Assembly (NCBI GenBank): GCA_963739455.1 | Contig: CAVUAK010000002.1 | Span: 128,001-192,000, forward strand | Length of the DNA: 64,000 nucleotides | Direction of reading: 5' to 3' | DNA from: an uncultured Gemmatimonadales bacterium | GTDB taxonomy: Bacteria; Gemmatimonadota; Gemmatimonadetes; Gemmatimonadales; GWC2-71-9 | Part shown: piece by piece, positions 53,639-64,000 of the stretch | How the letters are laid out: every line of letters starts with the position of its first letter | How positions within the stretch are numbered: the first letter of the stretch is position 1 | Notes under the pieces: generated by a model | The model's input: only the letters and a program-made list of their open reading frames with translations | Told to the model about the DNA's origin: nothing | The model's database searches: none | Position numbers and translations under genes: made by a program

Positions 53639-55387
53639 CTACTGGCCGGGGCCCTTGTTCCCCATTTTCCTCACCTGATCCAGGACCTGCGTCAGGTTGT
53701 AGCTTGCCGGATCCTGCAGCGCGGGAAACTCGGCGAAGGATTCGAGCTCTCTCAGCCACAATTGCTGGCCCACCGGCAGCATGTTCCAGTTGTAGATGTA
53801 TGCCGTACTCGGCGCGGCCAGCGTGCCACCGATCGACATCACGGATTTCTGGTCGTCGCCCACTGCCTGCTCGTAGGGATCGCGGCGGATGTTCTGCACC
53901 TGCGCCCAGCCATAGGTCTGCGGCCCCAGGAGCGCCGACGCGCCGCCTGATCCTTCCATGGTGAAGTAGATCTTCCAGTTCTTGTACCGGACTGCCGACG
54001 GCGTTGCCCCGGTGTAGTAGAGGAAGAAGTTCCGGGCAGACGTGTCGGAGGCGCCGGTGAGGTACGCGAGTTGGTTGACCCCCTGCAGCTTCGTCTTCAC
54101 GATACCGGGATACTTCCCCGCCATGATCTGCTCGTTGAGTTCGTTGCCCTTGGGGCCGCCCGCGATCTCCACCAGCGTCGGCAGCCAGTCGTACGACGCG
54201 AAGATCTGGTCCAGCATAGTGCCCGGCTTGATGTGCCCCGGCCAGCGGATCACCATCGGCACCCGCATGCCGCCCTCCCACGTCGTCAGCTTGTTCGCCT
54301 TGAATGGCGTCATGCCGCCGTCCGGGAAGGTCTGGCTCTCGGCTCCGTTGTCGGTGGTGAACGCGATAATCGTGTTGTCCAGCTGACCCATTGCCTCGAG
54401 CTTCGCCAGCACCACGCCGATGTTGTCGTCCAACTGCTTCATCCCGGCTTCCTGGATACCCCAGTCCTTCCCACCCTCTTCGCCCAGCATCGCCAGGTAC
54501 TTCGGCGGCAGCATGGTGGTGACATGCATGCGCGCCGGGTTGTACCACACGAAGAATGGCTTCCCCGTCTTCTTCGGGTCGTTCCGGTCCAGGAAGTCCA
54601 CCACATGACCGGATATCTCCTCGTCGACCGTCTCCGAACGTTTGAGCGTCAGCGGCCCCTCATCCTTGCAGCTCTGGTTGGCGGACGAGCCGTCGGTGGA
54701 CTTGCACCACATCACCGGTCGTGGCGGCGTGAGGCAAATGGTTTTCCGTGGATCCACCGAGCCTGCCGGCTCGGCGATCCCCGGTATCGGCGTGTTCTGG
54801 CACGGCGGCGCGAACCCCTGCTTGACCGGAGTTGCATTGATGTCGGGGAAGCTCACCTGTTCCATCGCGTCCAGGTGGTAGAGATATCCCCAGAATTCCT
54901 GGAACCCATGCGCCGTTGGCAGCGCATCGGTGTGGTCGCCCAGGTGGTTCTTGCCGAACTCACCCGTGCTGTAGCCCAGGTCATACAGGAACTTGGCCAT
55001 CGCCGGTGTGCCGGGACGCAGGTACGACGGGCTGCCCGGCAATTGCGGCGGGATCATCCCGGTGCGGAGCGGCGTCATGCCGGTGAAGAACGCGTTGCGC
55101 CCCGCTGTGCAGCTCTGCTCGGCGTAGTACGACGTGAACATCGCACCCTCGCGTCCGATCCGGTCGATGTTCGGCGTGTCGGCGAGCCCGATGCCTCTCT
55201 GGTAGAGTCCTACCTGCATCCAACCAATGTCGTCGCCCATTATGAACAGGATGTTCGGCTTCTGCGACGCTGCGGCGACCTGGGCCGGGGCTGCCTTCGC
55301 TGGTTTCTTCTGCCCCGCCAGAGGCGCGGCTGTTCCGAGACTGGCGGCGACCAGCGCCAGAAGGACTGCGGACGTCGTTCTACGCAT
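53639..55387 (-). CDS. Arylsulfatase (Cys-type formylglycine sulfatase), secreted
   Basis: PNILFIMGDDIGW, SCTAGR (CxAxR), GKNHLG, TTDNG, WEGGMRVP. Confidence 0.93.
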   Translation of the reverse strand: MRRTTSAVLLALVAASLGTAAPLAGQKKPAKAAPAQVAAASQKPNILFIMGDDIGWMQVGLYQRGIGLADTPNIDRIGREGAMFTSYYAEQSCTAGRNAFFTGMTPLRTGMIPPQLPGSPSYLRPGTPAMAKFLYDLGYSTGEFGKNHLGDHTDALPTAHGFQEFWGYLYHLDAMEQVSFPDINATPVKQGFAPPCQNTPIPGIAEPAGSVDPRKTICLTPPRPVMWCKSTDGSSANQSCKDEGPLTLKRSETVDEEISGHVVDFLDRNDPKKTGKPFFVWYNPARMHVTTMLPPKYLAMLGEEGGKDWGIQEAGMKQLDDNIGVVLAKLEAMGQLDNTIIAFTTDNGAESQTFPDGGMTPFKANKLTTWEGGMRVPMVIRWPGHIKPGTMLDQIFASYDWLPTLVEIAGGPKGNELNEQIMAGKYPGIVKTKLQGVNQLAYLTGASDTSARNFFLYYTGATPSAVRYKNWKIYFTMEGSGGASALLGPQTYGWAQVQNIRRDPYEQAVGDDQKSVMSIGGTLAAPSTAYIYNWNMLPVGQQLWLRELESFAEFPALQDPASYNLTQVLDQVRKMGNKGPGQ

Positions 55388-55606
55388 GTTGTTGCTCCGG
55401 GACCTGTGCTGTGGAGGGGCGCCACTGATCGGAGATCCATTACCGCAACCTTCATTGGTAACGATCCAGCCTGCTCAAGATCTGAGCTGCATAGTGAGAT
55501 TACCTAACCTTCCCGTTGGCGCAAGCCTGCGCTGCCCCGAGCACACGTCACCGATCTACTTCCTGCCGCACGTCGAGACACCAAGGGGAGCCGCAGCCTG
55601 TGTAGG

Positions 55607-56684
55607 TCACGGCTTGGGTCCCGTAGCTGGTCCGGGCCCTGGCCGTGGCCCAGGTCCTGGCCCGTCCGACGCCCCGAGCCATCCTCGCACGAGTTCCGAG
55701 ATTCGCTCGGCCGCAGGCGGGTCGAGGTTGCTCGCGACCGCAAGGTCGTATCCCCCCGGAAGGTCACCCTCGAGGACCGCATTGAGTCCGCCCGATCCGC
55801 CCGCAATGCCGATCCCTGCCGGCGGCCCCGATGGCACCTGACCCGCCCTGAGCGCGGCGAGGAACTGCAGCAAGTCCCCGATCGTCGAATAGCCCCCGCC
55901 CGCCGCACTGCCACGACCCGGCAGTTCCCTCGAGTTCGCGTGCACCGGGGCATTCGCCGGCGCATCCTCGTCTCCCCTGGTATATCCGATCGGCGGTGTT
56001 GGGTGGGAGCGAGTCAACCCTGAACGACCCGGTGTGCGTCATCCCCGCCGGCGCATAGACGTGCTGCTGGATGTACGCGTAGTAGTCCTCGCCCGACACC
56101 TTCTCGATCAGCATGCCCAGCACCACGTAGCAGGCATTGCAGTATCGGCGGCTTGTGCCCGGCGCGAACGCCTGCGGAGCATTCACGAACAGCACGAGGT
56201 ACTCGTTGTTGTGCTTGATGTCATTCCGCGTGCCGCCGGGCGGCGGGTCGAAGATGTTCCCGCCCAGTCCCGCCTGGTGCGTCATCAGCTGGCGGATCGT
56301 GGCACCGCGCGCCGTGGCGTTGGGATAGTCCGGCCAGTAGTGCCCGAGTGTCGAGTCGAGGTTGAGCTTCCCCGCCGCCGCCAGCTGTCGGATCGCTGTC
56401 TCGGTGAACACCTTGTTGATCGAACCGATGTTGAACTCGGTGGTCACGGTGTTGGGGCGCTTCGTGGCCCGGTCGGCCATCCCGTACGCCCGCTCGAATA
56501 CCATCGTGCCCGCCCGGTTGATGCCGACGGCGCCCGAAAACTCCCCCAGCGCCGCGAGGGAATCGAGGGTCTTGGCGAGGCGTTCGGTGAGTTGAGCCTG
56601 AGTGAGGGGCGGCGGGGCCTGCGCGGCGAGGGTCGGCGCCGCCAGGAGCGACACCGCGATGGAGATGGCGACTGGTCGGGTCAT
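55607..56684 (-). CDS. Serine hydrolase, beta-lactamase/AmpC-like family, indel near 55990
   Basis: Signal peptide, FNIGSINK (SxxK), TIRQLMTHQAGL, YCN (YxN), AAGGGYST; Gly-Pro-rich tail. Confidence 0.88.
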
Positions 56685-56742
56685 GGCAGCAAGGATGCGT
56701 ACCAGCGTCCAACGGTTGCAAGCGCCCGTGTATCTTTCCGCC

Positions 56743-57806
56743 ATGTCAGCACCGCCCGACACCTCGATTCTTTCCCTGGCACCAGCCGACGCGCGGGCGC
56801 GCCTCTGCGGCATGGGTCACCGAGCGCGGGCTCCCCGCCTATCGCCTCGAGCAACTCGTGCGGCGCCTGTGGGTGGCACCGGTCGAGGCGTGGTCTGGTG
56901 CCACCGAGCTGCCGCAGGCCCTGCGCAACGACCTCGATGCCGCGTTTCCGCTTCTCCGCCTGGACGCCGTCACCATCCAGGAGTCGCAGGACGGCACCAT
57001 CAAGTACCTCTGGCGCCTCCACGATGGCGAGATGATCGAGTCGGTGCTGATCCCGAGCGGGGCGCGCCGCACCCTGTGCATCTCGTCGCAGGCCGGGTGC
57101 GCCCTCGGCTGTGTGTTCTGCGCCACCGGCACGATGGGCTTCCGCCGCAACCTCACCGCCGCAGAGATTGCCTGCCAGGTGCGCGCGGTCGTGCTTCGCA
57201 ACCCCGACGACAAGCCGACCAATGTCGTCTACATGGGCATGGGCGAGCCGCTGCTCAACTGGCCTGCGGTCGATGTGTCGCTCACGCATCCTGAACGACC
57301 AGGAGGGATTCGGCATCGGCGCGAGGCATATCACGGTTTCCACCGTCGGCATCTTGCCCGGCATGGAGCAGTTGGCCGCCCGGCCCGAGCAGTTCCGGCT
57401 CGCGATCTCCCTCCACGCCCCGACGCCGGCACGGCGGCTTGCGCTGATGCCAATCGAGAAGAAGTATGATCTGGAGGCAGTGCTGAAGGCGGCCGCCACG
57501 TTCAGGAAGCGTGTCACGTTCGAGTATGTGCTGATCGCCGGGAAGAACGACGCAGACGCCGACGCCGACAAGCTGGCCAAGCTCGCCGGGCGGCTCGGCG
57601 CCATGGTCAACCTTCTCCCGCTGCATCCCGGCGGCGAGGGCGGGTTGACGCCTACGGCGCCGGCGCGCATCCGGGAGTTCGCCGATCGCCTGCGGAACCA
57701 GGGCATCGAGGCACCGGTGCGACGCAGCCGCGGGCTCGACATCAACGCCGCCTGTGGACAGTTGCGGGTCAAGATGGAGAAGAAGGAGCGCAGGACACCC
57801 ACCTGA
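56743..57806 (+). CDS. rlmN: Dual-specificity RNA methyltransferase RlmN (radical SAM), indels
   Basis: DGTIKYL, CISSQAGCALGCVFCATG, MGMGEPLLN, AISLHA, RGLDINAACGQL. Confidence 0.95.
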
Positions 57807-57823
57807 AAAGGAGTGATGCTGAC

Positions 57824-58403
57824 ATGAGCACTGCCAGTTTCGCCCGGACGTTCCGGCTGTCCCTCCCCCTCGTCGTCACCGTTGCTGCCTGTTCGTCCCC
57901 ACAAGCCAAGCCCGAGCCAGCCCAGTCGATCGTAGCGCGAGGTGAGTACCTCACGAACTACGGCGGTTGCAACGACTGTCATACGCCGAAGGTCTTCTCG
58001 GCGGCCGGGTCCGGCACCCGACCTGAGTCGCCTCCTGTCGGGCCATCCCGCCGAGGCGCAGTTGCCAGTGCTGCCAGCTGGAGTCGTTGGGGCGGACCCG
58101 ACCAAGTGGGGCGCGGTCACCACCGGCGACCTCACCGCCTGGTCAGGCCCGTGGGGAACCTCCTTCGCCGCGAACCTCACCCCGGATGCGACAGGTCTCG
58201 CCGCGTGGAACGACTCGCTCTTCATTGCGACCATGCGCACCGGCAAGCACTGGGGTTCAGGGCGCGGAATCCTTCCACCCATGCCGTGGTTCAGCCTGAA
58301 TGCGCTGACGGACGACGACCTGCGCGCGATATTCGCGTACCTGCGTTCCATCAAGCCGGTCGCGAACCTGGTGCCCCAGCCGCTTCCGCCCGCGACACCA
58401 TGA
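57824..58403 (+). CDS. Monoheme c-type cytochrome lipoprotein, indel near 58000
   Basis: Lipobox VAAC, ARGEYL, CNDCH, ANLTPD.TG, PPMPW, DDLRAIFAYLRS. Confidence 0.85.
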
Positions 58404-58487
58404 ACGGTCGCGCGAAGGGCTCGGCACCCCTACCCTTCACGCAGGCCGCTCGCGTCCGTCGGAATCACCTCGAGCCGGAGAGTGCCC

Positions 58488-58817
58488 ATGCTGGTCCTCC
58501 AAGCCGTTCCCGCCGGCAAGCTCAACGCCTTCAAGCTCCTGCGCGCCCGCATACGCGAGGCCAGTACCTGGTCCTGGAGCAACAAGGCCCGTACCCGGCT
58601 CAAGCACGTCGCCCGGCCCAAGGGCGGTCACATCGAGGTCAGCAGCGCCGGGGGCGTGCTCGTGGCACACATCAAGCCCAAGACGCCGAGCGACCAGTTC
58701 TACCTGACGGAGAAATTCATCGGGCGGCTGATCGGCTGGTTCGAGGGAGAGCTGCTGTCGATCAACATCCAGTTCGTGCCCGATCCGCCGGCGCCGGCCC
58801 GGCGCCGGCGGCGCTGA
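58488..58817 (+). CDS. Hypothetical basic protein
   Basis: SD GGAGAG upstream, coding-like codon bias; no family recognised. Confidence 0.65.
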   Translation: MLVLQAVPAGKLNAFKLLRARIREASTWSWSNKARTRLKHVARPKGGHIEVSSAGGVLVAHIKPKTPSDQFYLTEKFIGRLIGWFEGELLSINIQFVPDPPAPARRRRR

Positions 58818-58829
58818 AAGCGCAATTCG

Positions 58830-59135
58830 ATGCCCCTCACCGCTGCTGATGTCCGCGCCTCGATCGAGCGTGCCGGCGCGGCACATTGGCAGGCCCTGGT
58901 GGACCACCACGAAGGCGCTTATCCGCGCCCCTGCCCCACGCCGGGCGCGATCTGTCACGCTGAAGCGGAACGACTGAACCAGCTGGGATGGGGAGAAACG
59001 CGCGGCCCGCTGTTCGAGTCGCGCGTCCGACGGGTGGGCGACGCAGTGGAGATCATTCATGGCTTTCACCACGCCGACAGCTCGGTGCCGGAGTGGACGC
59101 CCCCATTCCGGAACTATGAACCTGACGTCGCATAA
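58830..59135 (+). CDS. Hypothetical protein
   Basis: Fills the gap in a + strand gene run; several His residues; no family recognised. Confidence 0.5.
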   Translation: MPLTAADVRASIERAGAAHWQALVDHHEGAYPRPCPTPGAICHAEAERLNQLGWGETRGPLFESRVRRVGDAVEIIHGFHHADSSVPEWTPPFRNYEPDVA

Positions 59136-59151
59136 GAAAGTTCTGGGTTGA

Positions 59152-59466
59152 ATGGGTGCGAGCGCCGCGGTCGCCGTGATGGTCCGGCATGAGAAGGACA
59201 TCGTGAAGATCTTCCAGTCGGCAGGTGCGCTGGGCACCGCCACCGCGAGGCCGCTCGGCGCGCTCGGTCTCGAGGAGTCGCGTCACTTCGAACGGCTTCG
59301 GCATGCTGGCGTGATCCGGAACGGATCGCCGGGCACCTGGTACCTGGACGCAGCCGCCTGGACCGAACGCATGCTGAAGCGGCGTCGCATCGGGATTGTC
59401 CTCATTGCGGTATCGCTGTTCGCGCTGGCGCTTGGGCTGGGCCTCCTTCCGACGGGCCCGCGGTAG
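59152..59466 (+). CDS. Hypothetical protein with winged-helix-like N part and C-terminal TM helix
   Basis: FERLRHAGVIR..PGTWYLD; RRRIGIVLIAVSLFALALGLGLL. Confidence 0.6.
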   Translation: MGASAAVAVMVRHEKDIVKIFQSAGALGTATARPLGALGLEESRHFERLRHAGVIRNGSPGTWYLDAAAWTERMLKRRRIGIVLIAVSLFALALGLGLLPTGPR

Positions 59467-59477
59467 CCCACCTCACC

Positions 59478-60269
59478 ATGAGTGACGGACCCGCCTTCGT
59501 CGATCACTTCGCGAGCGTCGCAGCAGACTACGCCAGGTTCCGTCCCGGCTACCCGTTGGCGCTGTTTGATTTTCTCGCCGACGCCTCACCCGATCGCGAC
59601 CTGGCGTGGGACTGCGGCACCGGTACCGGCATCGCGGCGATTCCGCTGGCCGACCGATTCCGCACCGTGGTCGCGACCGACGCGAGCGAGGCGCAATTGG
59701 CCCAGGCACCGGCCCATCCTCGCATTACCTGGCGCGCCCTGCGCGAAGGAGCATCCGGCCTCCCTGATCGCTCGGCGTCCCTCGTCACCGTCGCACAGGC
59801 TGCGCACTGGTTCGACCTCGATGCGTTCTATCGCGAGGTGGACCGGGTGCTGAAGCCTGGCGGAGTGGTGGCCCTCTGGTGCTACGGGTTGCTTGCCATC
59901 GACGCCGGCATCGACGCCATCCTGCACCGGTTCGAGCATGGCCGGGTCGGGGCTTACTGGCCGGAGGAGCGCCGCCACGTGGACGCGGAGTATCGCACGC
60001 TCCCGTTTCCGTATGCGCGCATCGACGCACCCGCATTCATGATGGACGCCACGCTCACGCGATCGGCGCTGCTGGGCTACCTCGGAAGCTGGTCGGCCGT
60101 GAGTCGCTATCGATCCGCAACGGGCAGCGATCCCCTTCCCGAACTCGAGTCCGAACTCGCGCGCCTCTGGCCCGCGTCGGAGCCCAGGGTGGTGCGCTGG
60201 CCACTCACCGTCGTTGCAGGTCGCGCCGCGGCGCCGCATGCCCGGGAGCAATCCGGTATACTGCGGTAG
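59478..60269 (+). CDS. Class I SAM-dependent methyltransferase
   Basis: YARFRPGYP, AWDCGTGTG, VTVAQAAHWFD, RVLKPGG, YLGSWSA. Confidence 0.92.
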   Translation: MSDGPAFVDHFASVAADYARFRPGYPLALFDFLADASPDRDLAWDCGTGTGIAAIPLADRFRTVVATDASEAQLAQAPAHPRITWRALREGASGLPDRSASLVTVAQAAHWFDLDAFYREVDRVLKPGGVVALWCYGLLAIDAGIDAILHRFEHGRVGAYWPEERRHVDAEYRTLPFPYARIDAPAFMMDATLTRSALLGYLGSWSAVSRYRSATGSDPLPELESELARLWPASEPRVVRWPLTVVAGRAAAPHAREQSGILR

Positions 60270-60286
60270 CTATCCAGCAGGAGTTC

Positions 60287-60520
60287 ATGATGAAGACACT
60301 CGCCTACAAGGGCTTCGCGATTACTGCGCGAACCTGGCAGGTCCGCGGCACCGGACGCTGGACGCTCGACCTGCTCATCAGCCGGCGGGAGGCGCTGCGC
60401 GCATTCAGTCGCCCGACCACCTTTGCCACCGAGGATGCCGCGGTAGCCGGGTGCTGCGAACTGGGACGTCGGATCATCGATGGGAACGAACGGGATTGTT
60501 CGGTAGCGGACCTGTCGTAG
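60287..60520 (+). CDS. Small hypothetical protein (CV_2116/HlyU-like beta-sheet family)
   Basis: YKGFAITA...W...I...FATEDAAV...GRRIIDG pattern; SD AGGAG and TATACT upstream. Confidence 0.65.
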   Translation: MMKTLAYKGFAITARTWQVRGTGRWTLDLLISRREALRAFSRPTTFATEDAAVAGCCELGRRIIDGNERDCSVADLS

Positions 60521-60593
60521 CGGAGGGCTTCCTCGTGAGGGCGCACCACTCGTCGTAACGCAACACCTGCCTCGATCCAACCCCCGAAAACAC

Positions 60594-60711
60594 AACGACC
60601 CGGCAGTGCTCTGGGCACCGACCGGGACGATGGTTCTGGCAGATTAATCACCCGGCCTGCCCCGGGGCCCCGAAGGGCTATGTTCACTGCCACAAGAGTA
60701 ATCAGGTCGTT
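60594..60711 (-). ncRNA. Candidate structured RNA (family not recognised)
   Basis: Nested stems with G-U pairs that form only on the minus strand, and a C(UUCG)G tetraloop; see findings. Confidence 0.5.
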
Positions 60712-60713
60712 CG

Positions 60714-62436
60714 CTAAACGGTAGTCCCCACCCCCCGAAGCTCCCTCGCACCGCGCGCGGCAAGCAGGTCCAGCACGGCAGCCCGGCTGCTGTGCACCGT
60801 CAATACGAGCAGGTCGCCTGGGCGCGCCCAGGCGAGTGCCCTGCTCACCGCGTCCACTTCGCTCTCACCATACTCAATCGCCTCCGCCGGCAGCCCGAGC
60901 CGGTGGAATTCGTCCGCAAGCATCCCGGGGATCTCCCCGATCGCGCGGCCGCGGCGATATGCCTCCATCTCCTTCACCACGACATGATCGATACCAATGG
61001 GCCAGGCACTCCGGGCCAGTCCGCGGATCGAGTCGTCGTCGCGGTTGCCGGCCTGCCCCAGGACCAGTCCGCGCCGCCCGCCCGGGAGCGCGCGGGCGAT
61101 CGCGGCCAGTGCCTGCATCCCGTGCGGATTGTGGGCGTAGTCGAGCAGCACTCGTACACCGCCGACATCAAACAGGCTCGCGCGCCCGGGGTTGTCGCTG
61201 TTGCTCTGGCCGAAGCTTGCGAGGGCCGAGCGTATCGCCTCGGGGGAGCAGCCAAGACACCACGCGGCCAGCGATGCGCCCAGGGCGTTTGCCACGTTGT
61301 GCACCGCCGCGCCACCCAGCGTCACCGGTGCCTCGTCGACGCCGAGCAGGTCGATGTACTCCTCCCCACGCCGCAGGACGAACCGGCCGTCGATCACCGT
61401 CGCCCACTGCTGCCCCGACGGCCGGGCTGCTTCCGCAGCGACTGCGCCATCCAGGCCAAACCAAGCCATGGGTACCCGGCCCGGCAGGACCTGCGCCGCC
61501 TGCCGCAGCACGCCGTCGTCCGAGTTGAGGACGAGGCGCCCATCATTTTCGATGACTTTCGCCACCACCAGCTTCGTCGCCGCGAGGCCCGCGAGGTCGG
61601 TGATGCCATACTCGCCGAAATGGTCGGCGGCAATGTTGGTGACCACAGCGACATCGGCATGCGTCACTGCCAGCCCGCGACGCAGGATCCCGCCGCGAGC
61701 CGTCTCGAGCACCGCAGCATCGATCCGCCTGTCCCGAAGCACGAGGCGCGCCCCCTCCGGGCCGGAATAGTCCCCCTCGGCGACCCGCTCGCCTCCAATC
61801 AACACGCCGTCGGTGCTGCTCCAGCCCGGGTGTCGCCCCTCGGCCCTGAGCATGGCGGCCATCAGCCGAACGGTTGTCGTCTTGCCGTTGGACCCCGTCA
61901 CCAGCGCCAGCGGCACGTCATGTATTGCGTGCCAGTCGATGGCACCTGCCTCCGGCAGTGCATCGAGCGCGAACGTGCGCGACCCGTTTCCCATGCCGAT
62001 CGTCACTGACTCGTCATCGCCGTAGAGCGACACCCCGTGCGCGCGCGCCGCCTGTTCGAGCGCAATCAGGCGAGGCTTCCGCTCCTCGGTGGCCAGCTGC
62101 GTGATCCGTTCGCGTGCGACATCGCGCGACTCGGCGACCGGGCCGCCCGTGAGTTCCACGGCGCGCGCCCAGGCCCACTCGTTGACTTCAGTGGCGGTGA
62201 GGAGAAGGTCGGCAGGCGCTTCGAAGCCGAGGCTGGCGCCGCCGCGGCGCGGAAGGACATGTGGCGTGGCGGGCACCCAGCCGAGGTCGTCCAGCATGAG
62301 CCGCAATCCGTCCGCCCAGCGCGAAATCAGCGATTCGGATTGCGTCGCATCGAACTCGACCTCGAGCACTGCCCCGGCCCCGTCCATGACACGGCTCGGT
62401 CCCAGCAGCCGGCGGGAGTCGAGGACGGTGGCCTGA

Positions 62437-62444
<8 letters not shown>
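60714..62444 (-). CDS. Cyanophycin-synthetase-like Mur ligase lacking the ATP-grasp domain
   Basis: DSRRLLGP N-terminus, VTGSNGKTTT, ETARGGILRRGL, NIAADHFG, NPGRASLF, DYAHNPHG, GNRDDD. Confidence 0.8.

Positions 62445-64000
<1,556 letters not shown>

Noticed and set aside
55610..55670. GGCCC/GGTCC-rich repeat as a DNA repeat element
   Set aside because: Explained by the Gly-Pro low-complexity tail of the serine hydrolase.
60594..60711. Assigning the structured element to HDV-like, hammerhead, twister or 6S RNA
   Set aside because: It has a 7-bp G-started stem followed by GG but no HDV P3/L3; CUGAUUA is not the CUGAnGA/GAAA hammerhead core; it is too short for 6S. Left unassigned.

Overview
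High-GC (roughly 69-70%) bacterial chromosomal segment. Gene content and order suggest Gemmatimonadota; this is an inference, not a database match. The window is mostly core and metabolic genes: pepA, tRNA-Leu(CAA), ppa, an ECF sigma/anti-sigma locus, rplU-rpmA, rne/rng, recQ, meaB-mutB-mutA divergent from icmF, and a long minus-strand run aspS-phoH-ybeY-CBS-CBS-mgtE-ubiB-sulP-baeRF1-HAD-carboxyltransferase-barrel-TPPII-like protease-enoyl-CoA hydratase. A sulfatase cluster, rlmN and a cyanophycin locus follow. Many genes, including essential ones, carry single-base frameshifts, most likely long-read consensus errors, so their coordinates were joined by hand. No CRISPR array, transposase, integrase or prophage gene was seen. 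Best leads: (1) a cyanophycin-synthetase paralogue that keeps the N and Mur-ligase domains but lacks the ATP-grasp domain, followed directly by (2) an unrecognised ~120-nt structured RNA candidate; (3) a secreted Vps62/NLP-like domain fused to an outer-membrane barrel; (4) a kinase, a Walker-A-degenerate BTAD-STAND regulator and a divergent citrate synthase in one module; (5) a baeRF1 release-factor homologue without the usual loop Gln; (6) a TPP-II-like lipoprotein protease within leucine-catabolism genes; (7) repeated leaderless-promoter signatures.
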